A DNA stretch of 64,000 nucleotides, from contig NC_087447.1 in the NCBI RefSeq assembly GCF_036321535.1, positions 51,896,001 through 51,960,000 on the forward strand, read 5' to 3'. The position numbers and the translations under genes are program-made. The notes below the pieces were generated by a model. It worked only from the letters and a program-made list of their open reading frames with translations, was not told the DNA's origin and searched no databases. Source of the stretch: Camelus dromedarius. Taxonomy: Eukaryota. Below, in pieces: positions 1 through 12,740 of the stretch (its first letter is position 1; each line of letters begins with the position of its first letter).

Positions 1-186
1 CATTCGAGCAGAGGAGAGAGACAGAGCAAAAGGGAATGTCAAGGGACTATAATGGTGAGAAAAATTCTGAGAAGGACTGGAGGGAAAGCAACAGCTAGTT
101 TTCCGGGAGTCTGGAAAACGTAGAGGCGCGATCTAACACAGAAGCCTCCACATAAGGGAAGGAGAACATCACAGAGTCACACGATG

Positions 187-325
187 GGCCAGGGGCTGTG
201 CTAAGTGATTTATATTCAGTCTCTCATTACTGACTGTCATCCAGTGAGGTAGGCATTCTTAGTACCATTTTACAGATGGTCTAACTGAGGCTTAGGGGAG
301 TAGCATAATTACACAAAGATCTCAT
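187..325 (-). mobile_element. MIR SINE fragment
   Basis: Reverse MIR core 'gaggtaggcatt...ccattttacagatgg...aactgaggcttag'. Confidence 0.7.
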
Positions 326-452
326 GACACTCAAGTATTTCCAAACTCCAAGTTTGTAAGGCAAGAATTATTTATGCCTCTGGATAAAATTCCATAGGGA
401 GGGTGTTTTTCACTTTGGGCTGTGATCAGTTAATCCCCAGTCACTGATTTTA

Positions 453-664
453 CAGTGATGTGCTACGTTGGCTTCTATCGGCTCATGAAAACTGATTGTT
501 AGATGTCAGCAATTCTGCAATTGAGCTGACTTCATCTCAGTAATTTGAACTGTCATGGTGAGTGTATTTACATCATGGAAGTTGGTAAATGCTACAAATG
601 AAGGCATCACCATCATGTACATTTTTTTCTAATAATCTGTTGTTAAACATTTACCAGCACACTG
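453..664. mobile_element. MER63A-like hAT-Blackjack non-autonomous DNA transposon
   Basis: Ends CAGTGATGTGCT...AGCACACTG; internal 'gtatttacatcatggaagttggtaaatgctacaaat' and 'gttgttaaacatttaccagcac' resemble MER63. Confidence 0.7.
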
Positions 665-889
665 CTCCTTGAGAACCTTAGAGATGAAAGGGAAATGACT
701 TCCATCTCACTTGCCAAGTCCCACCCAAGTCCCATTTATTGGTTGTAGTGCCGGAAGACTATCCTGGGAAGCAGTCTGAGACTTCATTTGTGCTTATCTA
801 TCACAAAGCACCTGTCAAAACTGAAGTGATGTCTCCCATGGGCAGGGAGGGGGAAGAGGCAGCAGCCATGCCTGGCACAGTCTAGTGCT

Positions 890-1018
890 CTAATTTCAGA
901 GATGAAGAAACAGAGGCCAAGAGAGGGAAGGTGATTTACCTGAAGCCACATTGTGATTCAGTAGCACAGCTGAGGTTAGATGTCAAATAATCTGACTTCT
1001 AGTCCAGTGACCTTTCCA
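890..1018 (-). mobile_element. MIR SINE fragment
   Basis: 'cagagatgaagaaacagaggcc...tgacttctagtccagtg'. Confidence 0.7.
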
Positions 1019-1479
1019 GGATGGCACAGAGACCACTAAGTTGAGGCACTCTGGACTTCGCTAGCATCTGTAGTAATAATACTGGGCAACATCGTACGCA
1101 CAATGACCACTAAGCAGGAACATGACAGGGGGCACACAAACACACAGTGAGGAGTAGACGAGAATAAATGCCTGGCTCATTCAGCCCTGAAAGTTTATGA
1201 TGCTAGGTTTCTAAGAACTCTTATCTGTGCTCATAGGCACCTTCTTCCTGACCACAGAAACTACTACCAACCTAAAATGTATGATTTCTAAGAATCTTAC
1301 ATGACTTAGCAACACCCTGACAACCACCGCCTTGTCCGTAGTCAAGTCAAGAGATGTAGAGATTATCCTGAGAGGGTGAATTTACCAGAAAACATGAGAT
1401 GAATAATATCATGAATAAAAGGGAAAAGTCACAATCACCTATTCTTATGAACTTCAGTAGTAAGTTATCACTAAACCTC

Positions 1480-1816
1480 TTTTGTTGATTTATTTTTTAA
1501 TCACTGTACTTTTGAAGAAGTAACATGGCTCAAGAATCAAGAGTTAAAAAAAACAGCAATGTCTCCATCCACCCATCCTGTTCTCTGCTTCAGAGAGATA
1601 ATCACTGTTATCAGTTTCTTGTGCTTCACTTCAGAGACGTTTTATGTATGCACCAGTAAACACACATAATATTCACCTTTTTATACAAATGGATGTATAG
1701 TATGATTCCATATCATTACAGAGAGTGTAACTGAGGGTCACTTTTTCCCATTTAAATTGTATCTTGGAGCTTATTTCCTTATCAGTACCCAAGAAGTTTT
1801 TCATTACTTTTTATGG
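1480..1816 (-). mobile_element. Ancient L1 (L1ME-like) 3' fragment
   Basis: 'gataatcactgttatcagtttcttgtg', 'ttttatacaaatgg', 'tatcttggag' typical of a reversed L1ME 3'UTR. Confidence 0.5.
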
Positions 1817-2284
1817 AAGATGCTCCCAAGCTTGTGAGAGAGTCAGAACAAGTGTTGTTTTCAGGTAAACGTCTTATTTAAAATCATCGCAACCTGAGGA
1901 GGAAGCCATAGGAGGGCTAGCAAACACAAATACCATTCAAATAAGAAAATAAAGTAAGCTCATGTTGATAAACCTTCAAAGGGATTTTGTTTTTGCATTA
2001 ATTTGGTTCTCCTTATAAAATGAAATGATACATTGTGGTGACAGGTCAATAGGATAAGAGCAGTAAACTGTATTTAATCAAATTTGTACAGTTATTTTTT
2101 TTCCTGTGGGTTAAAAAAAAAACCAAGTGAAGAGCAAATAACTGAAATGATGGTCATCAAGTGTTCTACAGGGCTTTCCTATAGGAAAATAAATTGTTAC
2201 TTTAATTAGGCTCTGTCTTTTCCAAAAAAGATTCAGGTTATTTATTATTGTTTATCTGTGAAGGGGGTTACATTCTGCTATGAG

Positions 2285-2400
2285 TTTCTGGACTTGCTTG
2301 AGCTTCTTGAGGGTAACAGTTTGTTCATCTTTGTATTCACAGACATAGACAAAGACACACACATAACTAGGACCTCAGTAATGCTTGCTGAATAGATGAA
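2285..2400 (+). mobile_element. L2 LINE 3' end
   Basis: 'gagcttcttgaggg...ttcatctttgtattc...gcttgctgaatagatgaa'. Confidence 0.55.
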
Positions 2401-3039
2401 GTGATATTATAGAGAACATTTAAACCACCTGAGAACTCAGTTTGCACCCTGAAATATGTCCAAAGAAGACACAGTTTTGACCTAGTGAGATGAAGACTAA
2501 GGAGAAACTCTTAACCACAGTAGGCAAGCCACAACCTTGCCTATGCTCAGAATCATTCCTACCAAGCCCAAATGCCTCATGTCTATCATTCAATACAATT
2601 CTACAAATATGTACAGATCTGTGCTGGGTACACGGTGGGAACTCAATAAATCTACATCTGGGTCAATGTTTAGTCCCTATATTATCATCACTTCTGTACA
2701 CATCTAATTCCCATAACAGACTGGAAACAACTTTAAGGCATCATGCTATAATCATCTTTCTATCTGAAAAAGGAATGGGTCTGCTGGGCACTCAAAGTCT
2801 AATATATGAGCAGAATAGGGACCCAAGTTGGGAATCAATGGTGAGGGGTGGATGTTTGAGAGAAGGAAGGAAAAGTAAGAATGAGAGTCCAGGTGAACAG
2901 GTGGCTTTAGAGGAGAGAGAAAATGCTTATGCTTAGACCTCAAACCAAATATTAACTAAAATGTTTAGCATTTTATGTATTGCATACTCATCTCAACTAC
3001 CTCCTTCAACACCCCTTCCCTCTCCCCTTTTTCTGGGGT

Positions 3040-3220
3040 GAACATTTGGGTGCTTCCTGTGTGGCAGGCACTGACATATACTTCCTCATGTAAACTTTAG
3101 AACACCCTACGAAGTGGGAGCTGTTATTAGCTCCCTGACTTGCCTGAGGTCTCATAGTTATTAAACAGCAGAGCCAGTGCTCAGACTCCTCTCTTTTGAT
3201 CCAAATCCTGCATTCTTAAG
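3040..3220 (-). mobile_element. MIR SINE fragment
   Basis: 'caggcactg...accctacgaagtggg...tgacttgcctgaggtctcatag...cagagcca'. Confidence 0.6.
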
Positions 3221-5034
3221 GGATCACAAAGCCAGAATTTCAGTTCCTCAGAAGATATAACATGCTTAAAAACTAACATTGTACAAATATGAAGAACTGT
3301 TATCACAGAAAGCCTCTTTCTCCCAGTGTGAAGTCTTCAAGGTAAGAGGAACAGTGTCCATGCTGTTCGGGCCCTGGAAAGGAACTGTAGAAGTCCTTGG
3401 CTGGCTCAAATCAGACCAAATCCACAATGGACAAAGGGGTTAGGGGGCAGAGAAGGAAAGCCAGTTGCTGCCACCACTGCCTCCTCACTGAGACAGCTCT
3501 TTATCTCCTCCACCACTGTTTACAGCTCAGAGGACACCATCCGGACCTAATAAATGAAAGTACCCATTGGGTAGGGGAAAAACACACATGCCTCCTCCAC
3601 ATACAAAAGGACATTTGTGACACGCAGCCTAAGAGGCTGACACACACCAAGGGTTTGCCCCTCCTCCCTTCACTCCTAGAAACAGACAAGAAAGGCAGCT
3701 TTCGGGTATCCACACAGCGGGGAGGCTGTGGCCGGGAAGAGAACACACTCTCCGAAACTGCTGACTTGATTCATCCCCAACTGACACAAGGCGGAGAGGA
3801 AGACTTCAGGAAATGGGCAGATTATGTCCAAGAAAAGATTTCCTGCAAGCAGTTAACGGGAAACTTACATGAAAAGCGAGTGCTAAAAATACACAGGCTG
3901 TTGGAAGTTGGCGGGAGGGCCCCAGGGCCCGCAGCTCTTCAAGAAGCATCTGAGGAAGCTACCGGCTTGGAACTGTCCCTGCCTGCCAACCTAGGGGGAC
4001 CAATTTAGCATTGGCCGTATTCCCTAGAAAAGATCACCCGGCACCTGGTGTGATTTAAATTTCAATGTAACATTCATCAAGTCCTTGCTGTGTTCTAGGC
4101 TCTCTGTTTATATACGTCATTATAGCACAGAAGGGCCCCAGAGCCTCATGCACAGAGCCTGACTCAAATGAGAGAAGTGGATAGGCACAAATGATATCCT
4201 ATATCGAAGTGAATTTTCATTATCAAGGAATAAAAGTCATAATTTAAGAGTTAGGAGGATTTAAAGGGCTGGAAAACCTGCATAGAAGGTGGGTATGGAA
4301 TGCAGGAAATGTACCTGTACTCAAAGGCATTTGTAAATGACAAATCAAAGCTTAGCTTGAACAGCAGGGAAACTAAAATGCAACTTGAGGAGAACAAATA
4401 TGAGCTACGAGGGAATGTTGTTTGTTTGATTTTGAGATAGAACCTTTCTATAGAGGTCTGAAGGCAGAAGCAGACCCATGGAGTTCCCTCCATGTTCTAG
4501 GGCCTGAGCAGAAATTGGAAGAAGATGGAGTTTGTTTTCAGAGCCTTCTTTTCCCCTTTCTCTTATACTTCTAGAAGCCTAATTTTGACAGTTATTTAGT
4601 AAGCCCCAGTATCAGAGTACCCCCTATAGCACTGAATAACAGCAGATCAAGAATCTCACAGTTTAAAAGGAAAAACATGTTCTGCAAATACCAGAGGGAG
4701 AAGGCAGTGCTGGGCTGCCTGGGAGCCGGGCTCATTACCCTGCTGCCCCTCGAGTACACTCCTCCTCAATGAGCAATTCACTAGTCCTCACACCCACAAA
4801 TTTTGGACCCCGATTACAAAGGAAAATCTTATCACCAATCATCCTTCAAAAGCACAAACACATATGCTAAGTTTTTCTTCCAGGTTTATAATAAATAACT
4901 TGAGGCCAAAAACCTTTCAGTGTCTTATTTTCATACCCAATGGGAGCCAGATGTGAAGGTACACTGGAAAACAAAACGTATGTGGTCCTATGTGATTAGA
5001 GTCTAGGGAGGCTGGGCTGGGCCAACAGCAAGTG

Positions 5035-5061
5035 TTTTTTTGTTTTGTTTTGTTTTGTTTT
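5035..5061. repeat. (GTTTT)n microsatellite
   Basis: Seen directly. Confidence 0.9.
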
Positions 5062-6929
5062 AAGCAGGGATGATCTAAGACTTCTTTTGTTGTAAAAAAT
5101 CCCCTGGATGTGTTTGCTGTTGCTGCATTCAAGGCAGCCCAGCCTCCTTCTTAATTGCTGCTCCCACATCCTTTGGTTTATCTGACACCACAACTTCCTG
5201 CAACTGTGTGTTCCTTTTCAGTCTTCATGGGGATCCCTTCAAGGTCTATGATCCCTAGGAGTTTAGGCTCCTCTCACTGCATGGAGTGCTCCTAGACTTG
5301 CCTCTCCAGACTCTACTTTAGGAGCTATTGGGCAGCCACGAGCAGAGCTGATACCTTCAGCTCTGTTTGATACCTGCTTTCTATTCTCTATATCAGAAGG
5401 AAAGGGACATAATTAACTAGCACCCAAACCTTCTAAGCCTTGCTGAACCGCTTTATTATGCAGGTACTGCAGCTGTCATCTCATTTGCTACCTCTGAACA
5501 ACAACCATCATCAAACAGTGAAAACTGGACAGGAATAAGAAATACAAAAAAGATCAAGTGGCCAGACAGTATGAGACACACGACATTAGGAAATCTTCGG
5601 GTTTTGTGCCCTTAGAAACAAAACAAACAGCAAATTGGATTCGTGACCTAAGAAGTGATATAAATTAAACTAAAATATGTTAGCAACTACTCATATCTAT
5701 TTCTAGAATCAGAGTCATGGTAAAGAGAAGAGAGCCACTGGATTCAAGTGCTCAGGAATCTGGCTGTGGTCATTCTGGCATCACTTCTGAAGATGACAGC
5801 ACTAGCAGAGAACAATGTTTAAAGAACATTGCACAGGGCAATAGGTTCAACAACTAGCTTTGCTACCAAATACTCCCTGCTAAATATTCATGTAATATCT
5901 TTAACTTCCTAGATTCCTACACATTCTTAGCATTTGGTCTCAGCAAAAGACCAAATAATGATGTATACCTCATTGTAGATTTCAGTCAATGCATTTGATT
6001 TCCTTACCCAGTACTACTTGCCCCTTAAGTCAACTCTCCAGAAAGGCATAAGGACAGTGATGGAGTATGTAAAAGGCACCGGAGAAGCTACACTGCAAGG
6101 GTTTCCTTTTGGTTGCAGTCTGACAGATGGCAGTGAAGGGGCAGGAGTTTTTGCCCTACTAGGAAGCAGGGCAAAATCCCTCACAGCTAAGTCAGAATCA
6201 AGACTCAGTCAAGAGGCTGGAGAGTAATAACATGATATACTGGAGAGGAATGATACAGTTCATCCCCTGACAACCCATACTGCTCTCTTAAGAGGAAAAA
6301 AGCAAGAAGGGAGAAGTTGGAGAAAAAATGGTGGACATTTGAGCAAAAGAAGATAAAATTCTTCCTTCACAGAACAGCATCATTCTAATCATTTACCACC
6401 CCTACACTATATCAAAACCAGCTAATGGGAAGACATAGAAAACATTCTATCAATAAATGAAAAGCCATTGAGTTCCTCTCTACATTCCAAAGGGCACATT
6501 CTATGTGAACGCTGAAATTAAGGAGCTCAAAACCTAGCTAAGAAGCCATATGCATTTTTAAAATATAAGTAACCAATAAACATTATTAGTTATAAGTGAT
6601 ATTAGGAGTTCAGAGAGGTGAGCAACCGCTGTGCTTCTGGGTGGTCTAGGAGAGCTTTGTGAGCAACAGACCTGGAGCTGGGCCAGGTCAGTGAGAAGGC
6701 TTGGATTATGCTGTCTTTCCTGGTTGACCTTTCTTCTTTGGATCAATCATCAAGGAACTTGTAACTATGCAGTAACAACAATAATCACCAACAAATTCCT
6801 TACACAAGTAAGTAAAAACACTTCATAAAATATAAAATGTTAAATATGTCACCTGAATCTTCAGAAAAGCATGAAGTAGATTACTTGTCACCATCATTAC
6901 CATAACAGCATTTAACATTAACTGAGTGT

Positions 6930-7310
6930 TGTGACTGTCATTGTGCTATTGGCTAGAAAACATAGTACCCATCCATGATCTCTGTCTTCCTTCATTATAG
7001 AACCTAGAAAAGCAGAACATTTGGTGTCCTAGCCTTCCTTCTAACTGGAGGTATCCATGTGTGACAGTTCTAGATAATAAGACATAAGCAGATACCTGCT
7101 GGGGGCTCCTGAAAAAGCTTTTGATTTTCTTGCTACCATGAGGTTGAAAGCCAATATAGTATGGACAGCTCAATGGGAAGAAACACACAATAAGCATCCT
7201 TGATTGTGACACTGAGTCTCTACACCAAAGGCAGTAACTGCTTATTTTAGACCTCTTATAATGTGATAATGCTAAGCAAGCCACTCTCAGTCAGCTTAAT
7301 AAACTGAAAA
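6930..7310 (+). mobile_element. MLT1 (ERVL-MaLR) solo LTR, old subfamily, inside a MIR
   Basis: 'ccatgtgtgacagttctagataataagacataagcaga', 'gctaccatgagg'; MIR-like halves at ~6840-6905 and ~7330-7430. Confidence 0.5.
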
Positions 7311-9134
7311 AATTCCTGATGTAAATACTTCCCATGTGCTTAGCCAAGGTTATAATAAAGTAGATAGGTGACAGAAACATAATTCAAGCCCATGTCTGAC
7401 AGACCCAGAGTCCTGACTCTGAACCACAAAGGTGCACGCAGTGCTATGAAAACCCGGGTCTCCTAATGACCAATCCTGCGGCTGTTTTGGTTGGAGGGAT
7501 TAGTCATCCTCTGATGACCACAACCATCCTCATCATAAAACTTTATATTCTGGATACATCTTAATAATATGTTCCAAAGAAAAATAACACCACTTTCATT
7601 GGCTCTCTATGTCTAAGGGCAAAGGGATTCAACTTACTGAATTACAAGTTATCTTCTCCTGATTCCCTTCTTGAAAAGTCTATGACCTTCTTAATTCTGA
7701 GTTTCTTTCACATTGGAAATCTAGAAAAACTTTGACATTTATCTGCAGAAACTTGCCATTTCTCCTTTCTGTTTTTTTTGCACCCATTTGGACTTTCAAG
7801 ATGGCCACAAATGAGTTCTGCCCTTGTTTTCTACACAACAGACAAGTGTCATTTCAATAAATTAAGCATCTGATAACAGTTAAAATAAACAGCAGACTGT
7901 TTCTGGAGGGTCACTTAACCCCTTACAATACAGAAAATTGGAAGATCATTCAGAAATATTTCAAAGCCCAAAACAACACTGAGTTGATGGTGACAGTGAT
8001 CAGCTGTTGGCAGCTGTTAGGGTTTTCATGGCTTTACATTTTACATAATGTACTTCTCCTCTGTGGTTATGACTGGCCATTACATAGGAGGATTAATGGG
8101 GCTGCTTTTGGTTGTCATGGAAAGCTTAAAGATATGTTCTTTGTGTGGGTCTCTAAGAGCAGACACCCTCTCTGCAGAGCTGATAGGTCACCTCCCTCAA
8201 CCAATTAACTAATTGTCTGAAATCTCTCCTCATAGATCAAAAAAACACTGTCTCGTGAATGCACTCTGTTCATGCAGAAAGCAAGAGCCTTTTGTTTCCT
8301 TTTGAGGACACTATTCAACTCTAAGGCCCCTTCCATCTACAAAATTCTAATTTTTACAAATGTGAACAATCAGCTCCAATGAATGAATCTTTCCGGCTTT
8401 ATAGTGAATGAGTGCTTTTTTGACTACAATTTTTTTTAAAGAAAAAATTGTTTTTTAAATGTACTTTCCTGATGATACTAGGTGTGAAATGTTAAATAAA
8501 AGAATAAGCAATTATGTTGGTCGTCTTTGGTTGTTTCCCTCAAAGCTTGACAGACTAATGTCATCCTGGATGCCTTCCATTCTGCTGACTAAACTAGGTC
8601 TTCCTAGAAAAATCTATAGACTGCTCAAGTCTAATCCAAACACAGCATCAAATTCTAAACTTCAGGGCTATCTGGAAGATTGGTAGCTGGCTCTCACTAA
8701 ATAAAGAGTGAGTAGCCCCTTTTTGTGGTTAATACGAGGAACTGTGACATCAACCTTTGGCCTCCTGGGAGAAGATGGGCTGAGAACCAGTCACCCTGCA
8801 CTGCATGACAAGAACCCTTGTTTACACCACCGGCATACTGTCTCTCACTGACCCTTATCCTGCTTCCAAATACAGTGCTATTTTGTTCAGATATCAGCTC
8901 TTTCCTGTCCCAATCCCCCCCACTACTTAAAACTCTTTCTTAAAAAGTCTAAAATCCTACAAAGTGTAGAAAAAAAGGAAAGCCCAAATCTCTTGCATCT
9001 GAGAATATTGGAAAAGCTTTATTGGAGATGTAATATAAGAGTTAAATTAAGGATGGACAGAATTTCAATAAATAGAGATGGGGGAAGGAGTAAAAGGAAG
9101 CCCCCCAGGAAAGGGAGAAAGGAAAGAGTCGTTA

Positions 9135-9310
9135 CCGTGTGATAGGTTCCATGCCAAGTACTTTCACACAAATTCTCATCTATAGCTTACAACAGATGAT
9201 GCTGGAAAAGGCAGGTATTGTTATTATTCTCTCAAAGACTTTAACCAGTTTAAGAATTCTGTCCAAGGTTATAGAGCAAACAAGAGGTGAATCAGCTCTC
9301 AGGCTGAGAC
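9135..9310 (-). mobile_element. MIR SINE fragment
   Basis: 'gccaagtactttcaca...ggcaggtattgttatt...tgtccaaggttatagagc'. Confidence 0.55.
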
Positions 9311-11049
9311 ACATTACACAATATCCAATCAAATGATCACTTGCATCAGGAATTCTGAAGATTTCTGAAGAGAAAGGTAACTGAGACAAGGGATAAGGTG
9401 GCAACAGATAAAGGATAAGGAGGGAATTAGACCTTTGGTATCATCACGAAAGGGTGAGGAATTTTGTGAACCGAAGGCAAGGATTCTGCTTTCTATCCAT
9501 CTTTCTGGCTCTCTCCCTTCGGGGAGTTCACTGTCTTCTCAACAGTTGTTTGGTACCTTCAGGCTGTTCTCTAACAACCTAGAACCATCTGGGGTGTTAC
9601 TCCACCCTCCCTACCACCATGCCCAAGATGTTTTCATCCTCAGCGACATTCAGGATTCCCTTTCTTATTGCCTATAAAATGAAGTCAAATTCCTGTACTT
9701 GGCACCTAGGGCACCCCACAGACCGTCTGGTGGCTCCAGATTGTATCTGCCATCTTACTTTACATTGTACCTCAGTACTCTAACCTTGAGTCTATGGCTT
9801 AGCATCTCTCATCCACTTTTAACAGAGACATGCAGTTCATTATTCACTCAACAAACATTTACTGAGTGCCTATGATGTATCATTTCTTCAGTAAACTCTT
9901 AGTAAGCAACTGCTAAGGTTGAGGCCTTATTTTAGAGCTTGTGAATAGAGAAACAGGAAAAGGGATAATGCTGGTAAATGGAAAAAGCATCCAGAATGAC
10001 TATAATGCTTTACCTTCCATGGCTAGACTGCCCAGCTCGGCCAAAGAGAAAGCAGTGTATCTGTTAAGGCACATCACACACGGTTCTGTACTCAAGAAAC
10101 ATCCTCTTTGGACTTTCTAGGAGCTGGGATTCAAATCTATGAACTTTTCATGCCAAAGTCCATGCTCTTCTCCCTTCACCATACTGCCTCACAGAAAGGA
10201 AGGAAGAAGAGGGAGTGAATTTACCAAAGCTGCACTCTTGAAAAGCAAGGACAGAGAGGTACAGACTGTTATCTTCACAATCCCTCCCTCATTTTTTTTT
10301 TTTAAAGAAACAAAACAGTCCTGCTAAGTAAGACTCAGATTCCTCAAAGATGACAGAAGTGAACAGACTTAAATAGACTTTTCTTTAAAGGGTGGGGGGA
10401 GGGGCACATCAAATATCAGAGGACAGGGGACTTCTCTGACATGATTCTGTCACAGCTAAAAGGAAGTTTCAGGGAAAAGGCTGTTTACCCTGAAGCCAAG
10501 GCCCCAGGGAAGCAGCTGCTCCAGGCAGCCACTGACCTTCAGGAGATGGGGAATAGGCTGGAAACCAGGGATGGGCCTGCCTTCTAAGAGAGTCCAGAAG
10601 GGGTAGTGAGTTAGAGAGAGGGAAAGAAGGGAGGCTGACTCACTATTTGTTTTCCAAAAATAAAAACTCAAACCAAACACAGTGGGACCCAGCCATCCAG
10701 CTGGGTACTTCAAGGATTAACTGTTTGTGTGGCCAGGCACTTAACTTCATATTTCTGGTGGACCAGCTGTAAAATGGAAAAAGAACTCAGAATAAGGATC
10801 CTTCTCAAGAGAGCACCAAGAGGGTTGTATTTATAGCTTCTGAAGTACAAACCTACACCAATGGCCTGGCGTGGAACCCCTGGCTATAGGTCCCAGTATC
10901 CCCGCTTGTGGATAATGTCACAAGTTTGGGCTTGGGGACACGAATGTCCTCAGAATGGCAGTGCCACCTTATATTTTTGTAACCACTTCACAGGTTACAA
11001 TTGGGCGTTTTAAAATATAGATTCTAATTCAATGTTGAAAACAAAATGC

Positions 11050-11235
11050 CAGCATTACAGAATGGAAAGCATATGAGCTTTGGCACTGAGTAATCATGGG
11101 CTTGAATCTTGGTTGTATGATTTGAGCAAGTTACTTCATCTGAGACTTCTCTTCCTCATTATTAAAATGGGGATCATTACCTATGTGAGAACATTTATTT
11201 ACTGAGAATTAAAGTTCCTGATACATAAGACACTC
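11050..11235 (+). mobile_element. MIR SINE
   Basis: 'gagctttgg...ttgagcaagttacttc...ttcctcattattaaaatggggatc'. Confidence 0.6.
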
Positions 11236-11251
11236 AAAAGGTAATTTCCAT

Positions 11252-12420
11252 ATGAATCCTCACCTCACATCGTGTACAAAAATTAACTTGACATGGATCA
11301 TAGATCTAAGTGTCAAAGCTCCTAGAGGAAAATATAGGAGAAAAATCTTTGTGACCTTGAGGCAGGTAAACAAACAAAAATATCATAAAAGAAAAATAGG
11401 AAAATAGAAAAAAATAGACCATCAAAATTCAAAGCTTTTGCTCCTCAACTGAAACCATTAAGAAAATAAAAAGGCAAGCCAGGTTGGAAAAAGATATTCA
11501 CATATTTTCACAGAAAGAAAAATTTCACATATTTCTATCTTACAAAGAAATAGTACCCAGACCATGTTAAAAAAAACTCTTACAAATTAATAATAAGAAG
11601 ATAAACTATACTATTTTAAAAACAGGCAAAAGATTTGAATAAAGACTACACAAAAGAAGCTATACAGAAGGCCAGTTAGCACACAAAAAGATACTAAAGG
11701 TTATTAGACATCAGGGAAATGTAAATTAAAACCACAATGAAATATTATTACCTGTAAACCCATCAGAATAACTAAAATTAAAAAGATTGACCATACTAAG
11801 TGTTGGTGAGGACATGGAGCAACTGAAAATCACACATACACCACCGGTAGGAATGTAAAATGGAACAGAGAGTCTGGAAAACAGGTTGGTAGTTTTTTTT
11901 TAAGGTTTAACAAACAACTATCATATGACCCAGCCATTCGACTCCTGGGTATTTACCCAGGAGAAATAAAAACACACTCCTACACAAAGATGTACAAATG
12001 AATGTTCACATCAGCTTTATTTAAAATAGCCAGAAACTGCAAACAACCCAAATGTCCATCAACAGGTGGTATGGCCATATGACAAAATTGAACTCCCTGA
12101 TAAAAAGGATGTATTCAACAACATGGGCACATCTAAAAAATCATTAATGCTGAGTGAAAGAAGCTAGAGAAAAAGTATATATACTATATGATTCTATTCA
12201 TAAAATGCAAGCTAATTTATAGTGACAAGAGATGAGTGCTTGCCTGGGGCTGAGGGCAAGGGAAAGGCAGACCACTAAGAGACAAGAGGAATCTTTGGGG
12301 GCTGACAGAAATGTCCGTAACTTGACTGTAGTAGTAATTCCATGGGTATGGACCACTGTCAAACTCACTGAATTTAGACAGATGCAGCTTACTGTGTATA
12401 AATTATTCCTTAAAGTTGAG
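11252..12420 (+). mobile_element. Old L1 (L1MD/L1ME-like) ORF2 3' part and 3'UTR, decayed
   Basis: 'aaaattaacttgacatggatcatagatctaa', 'cagggaaatgtaaattaaaaccacaatga', 'atatgacccagccattcgactcctgggtatttaccc', 'aaacaacccaaatgtccatcaac'. Confidence 0.85.
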
Positions 12421-12544
12421 AAGGAATTACTTTGCCACTCCTACTGCCACTAGAATCAAGTGAGACAGTTACTGTTGCCCACCTCATGGTCACAGGGAAA
12501 ATAGAAAACTGTACACAGGTTGCTGTGGAAAGGGACAGTATTGC

Positions 12545-12740
12545 AAGAACCTTTTTACTTACTGAGTATTGATCAGGTGTTCGGCAATGCGCTAGGCACT
12601 TTATACATACTGCCTTATCTAATACTAACAAATTTGAAGAGGTAGGCACTGTTATCTCTATCACAGGTGAGGAAACAGGCTCAGAAAGCTTAAGGAAAAG
12701 CCACCCAGATGGTAAACGGCAGGTCTGGACTCAGTGATGG
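12545..12740 (-). mobile_element. MIR SINE
   Basis: 'gctaggcactttatacat...gaggtaggcactgttat...caggtgaggaaacaggctcaga'. Confidence 0.7.

Noticed and set aside
2490..2936. 148-aa ORF
   Set aside because: Overlaps L2/MIR-like decayed sequence; no recognisable protein features
3327..3341. Plus-strand 15-nt microexon (ctctttctcccag|TGTGAAGTCTTCAAG|gtaaga)
   Set aside because: Context resembles a decayed L2 3' end, and it is on the strand opposite the inferred host gene
3397..4008. 203-aa + strand ORF as a gene
   Set aside because: TTG start, no recognisable domain, no supporting splice structure; the length is attainable by chance in a locally GC-richer stretch
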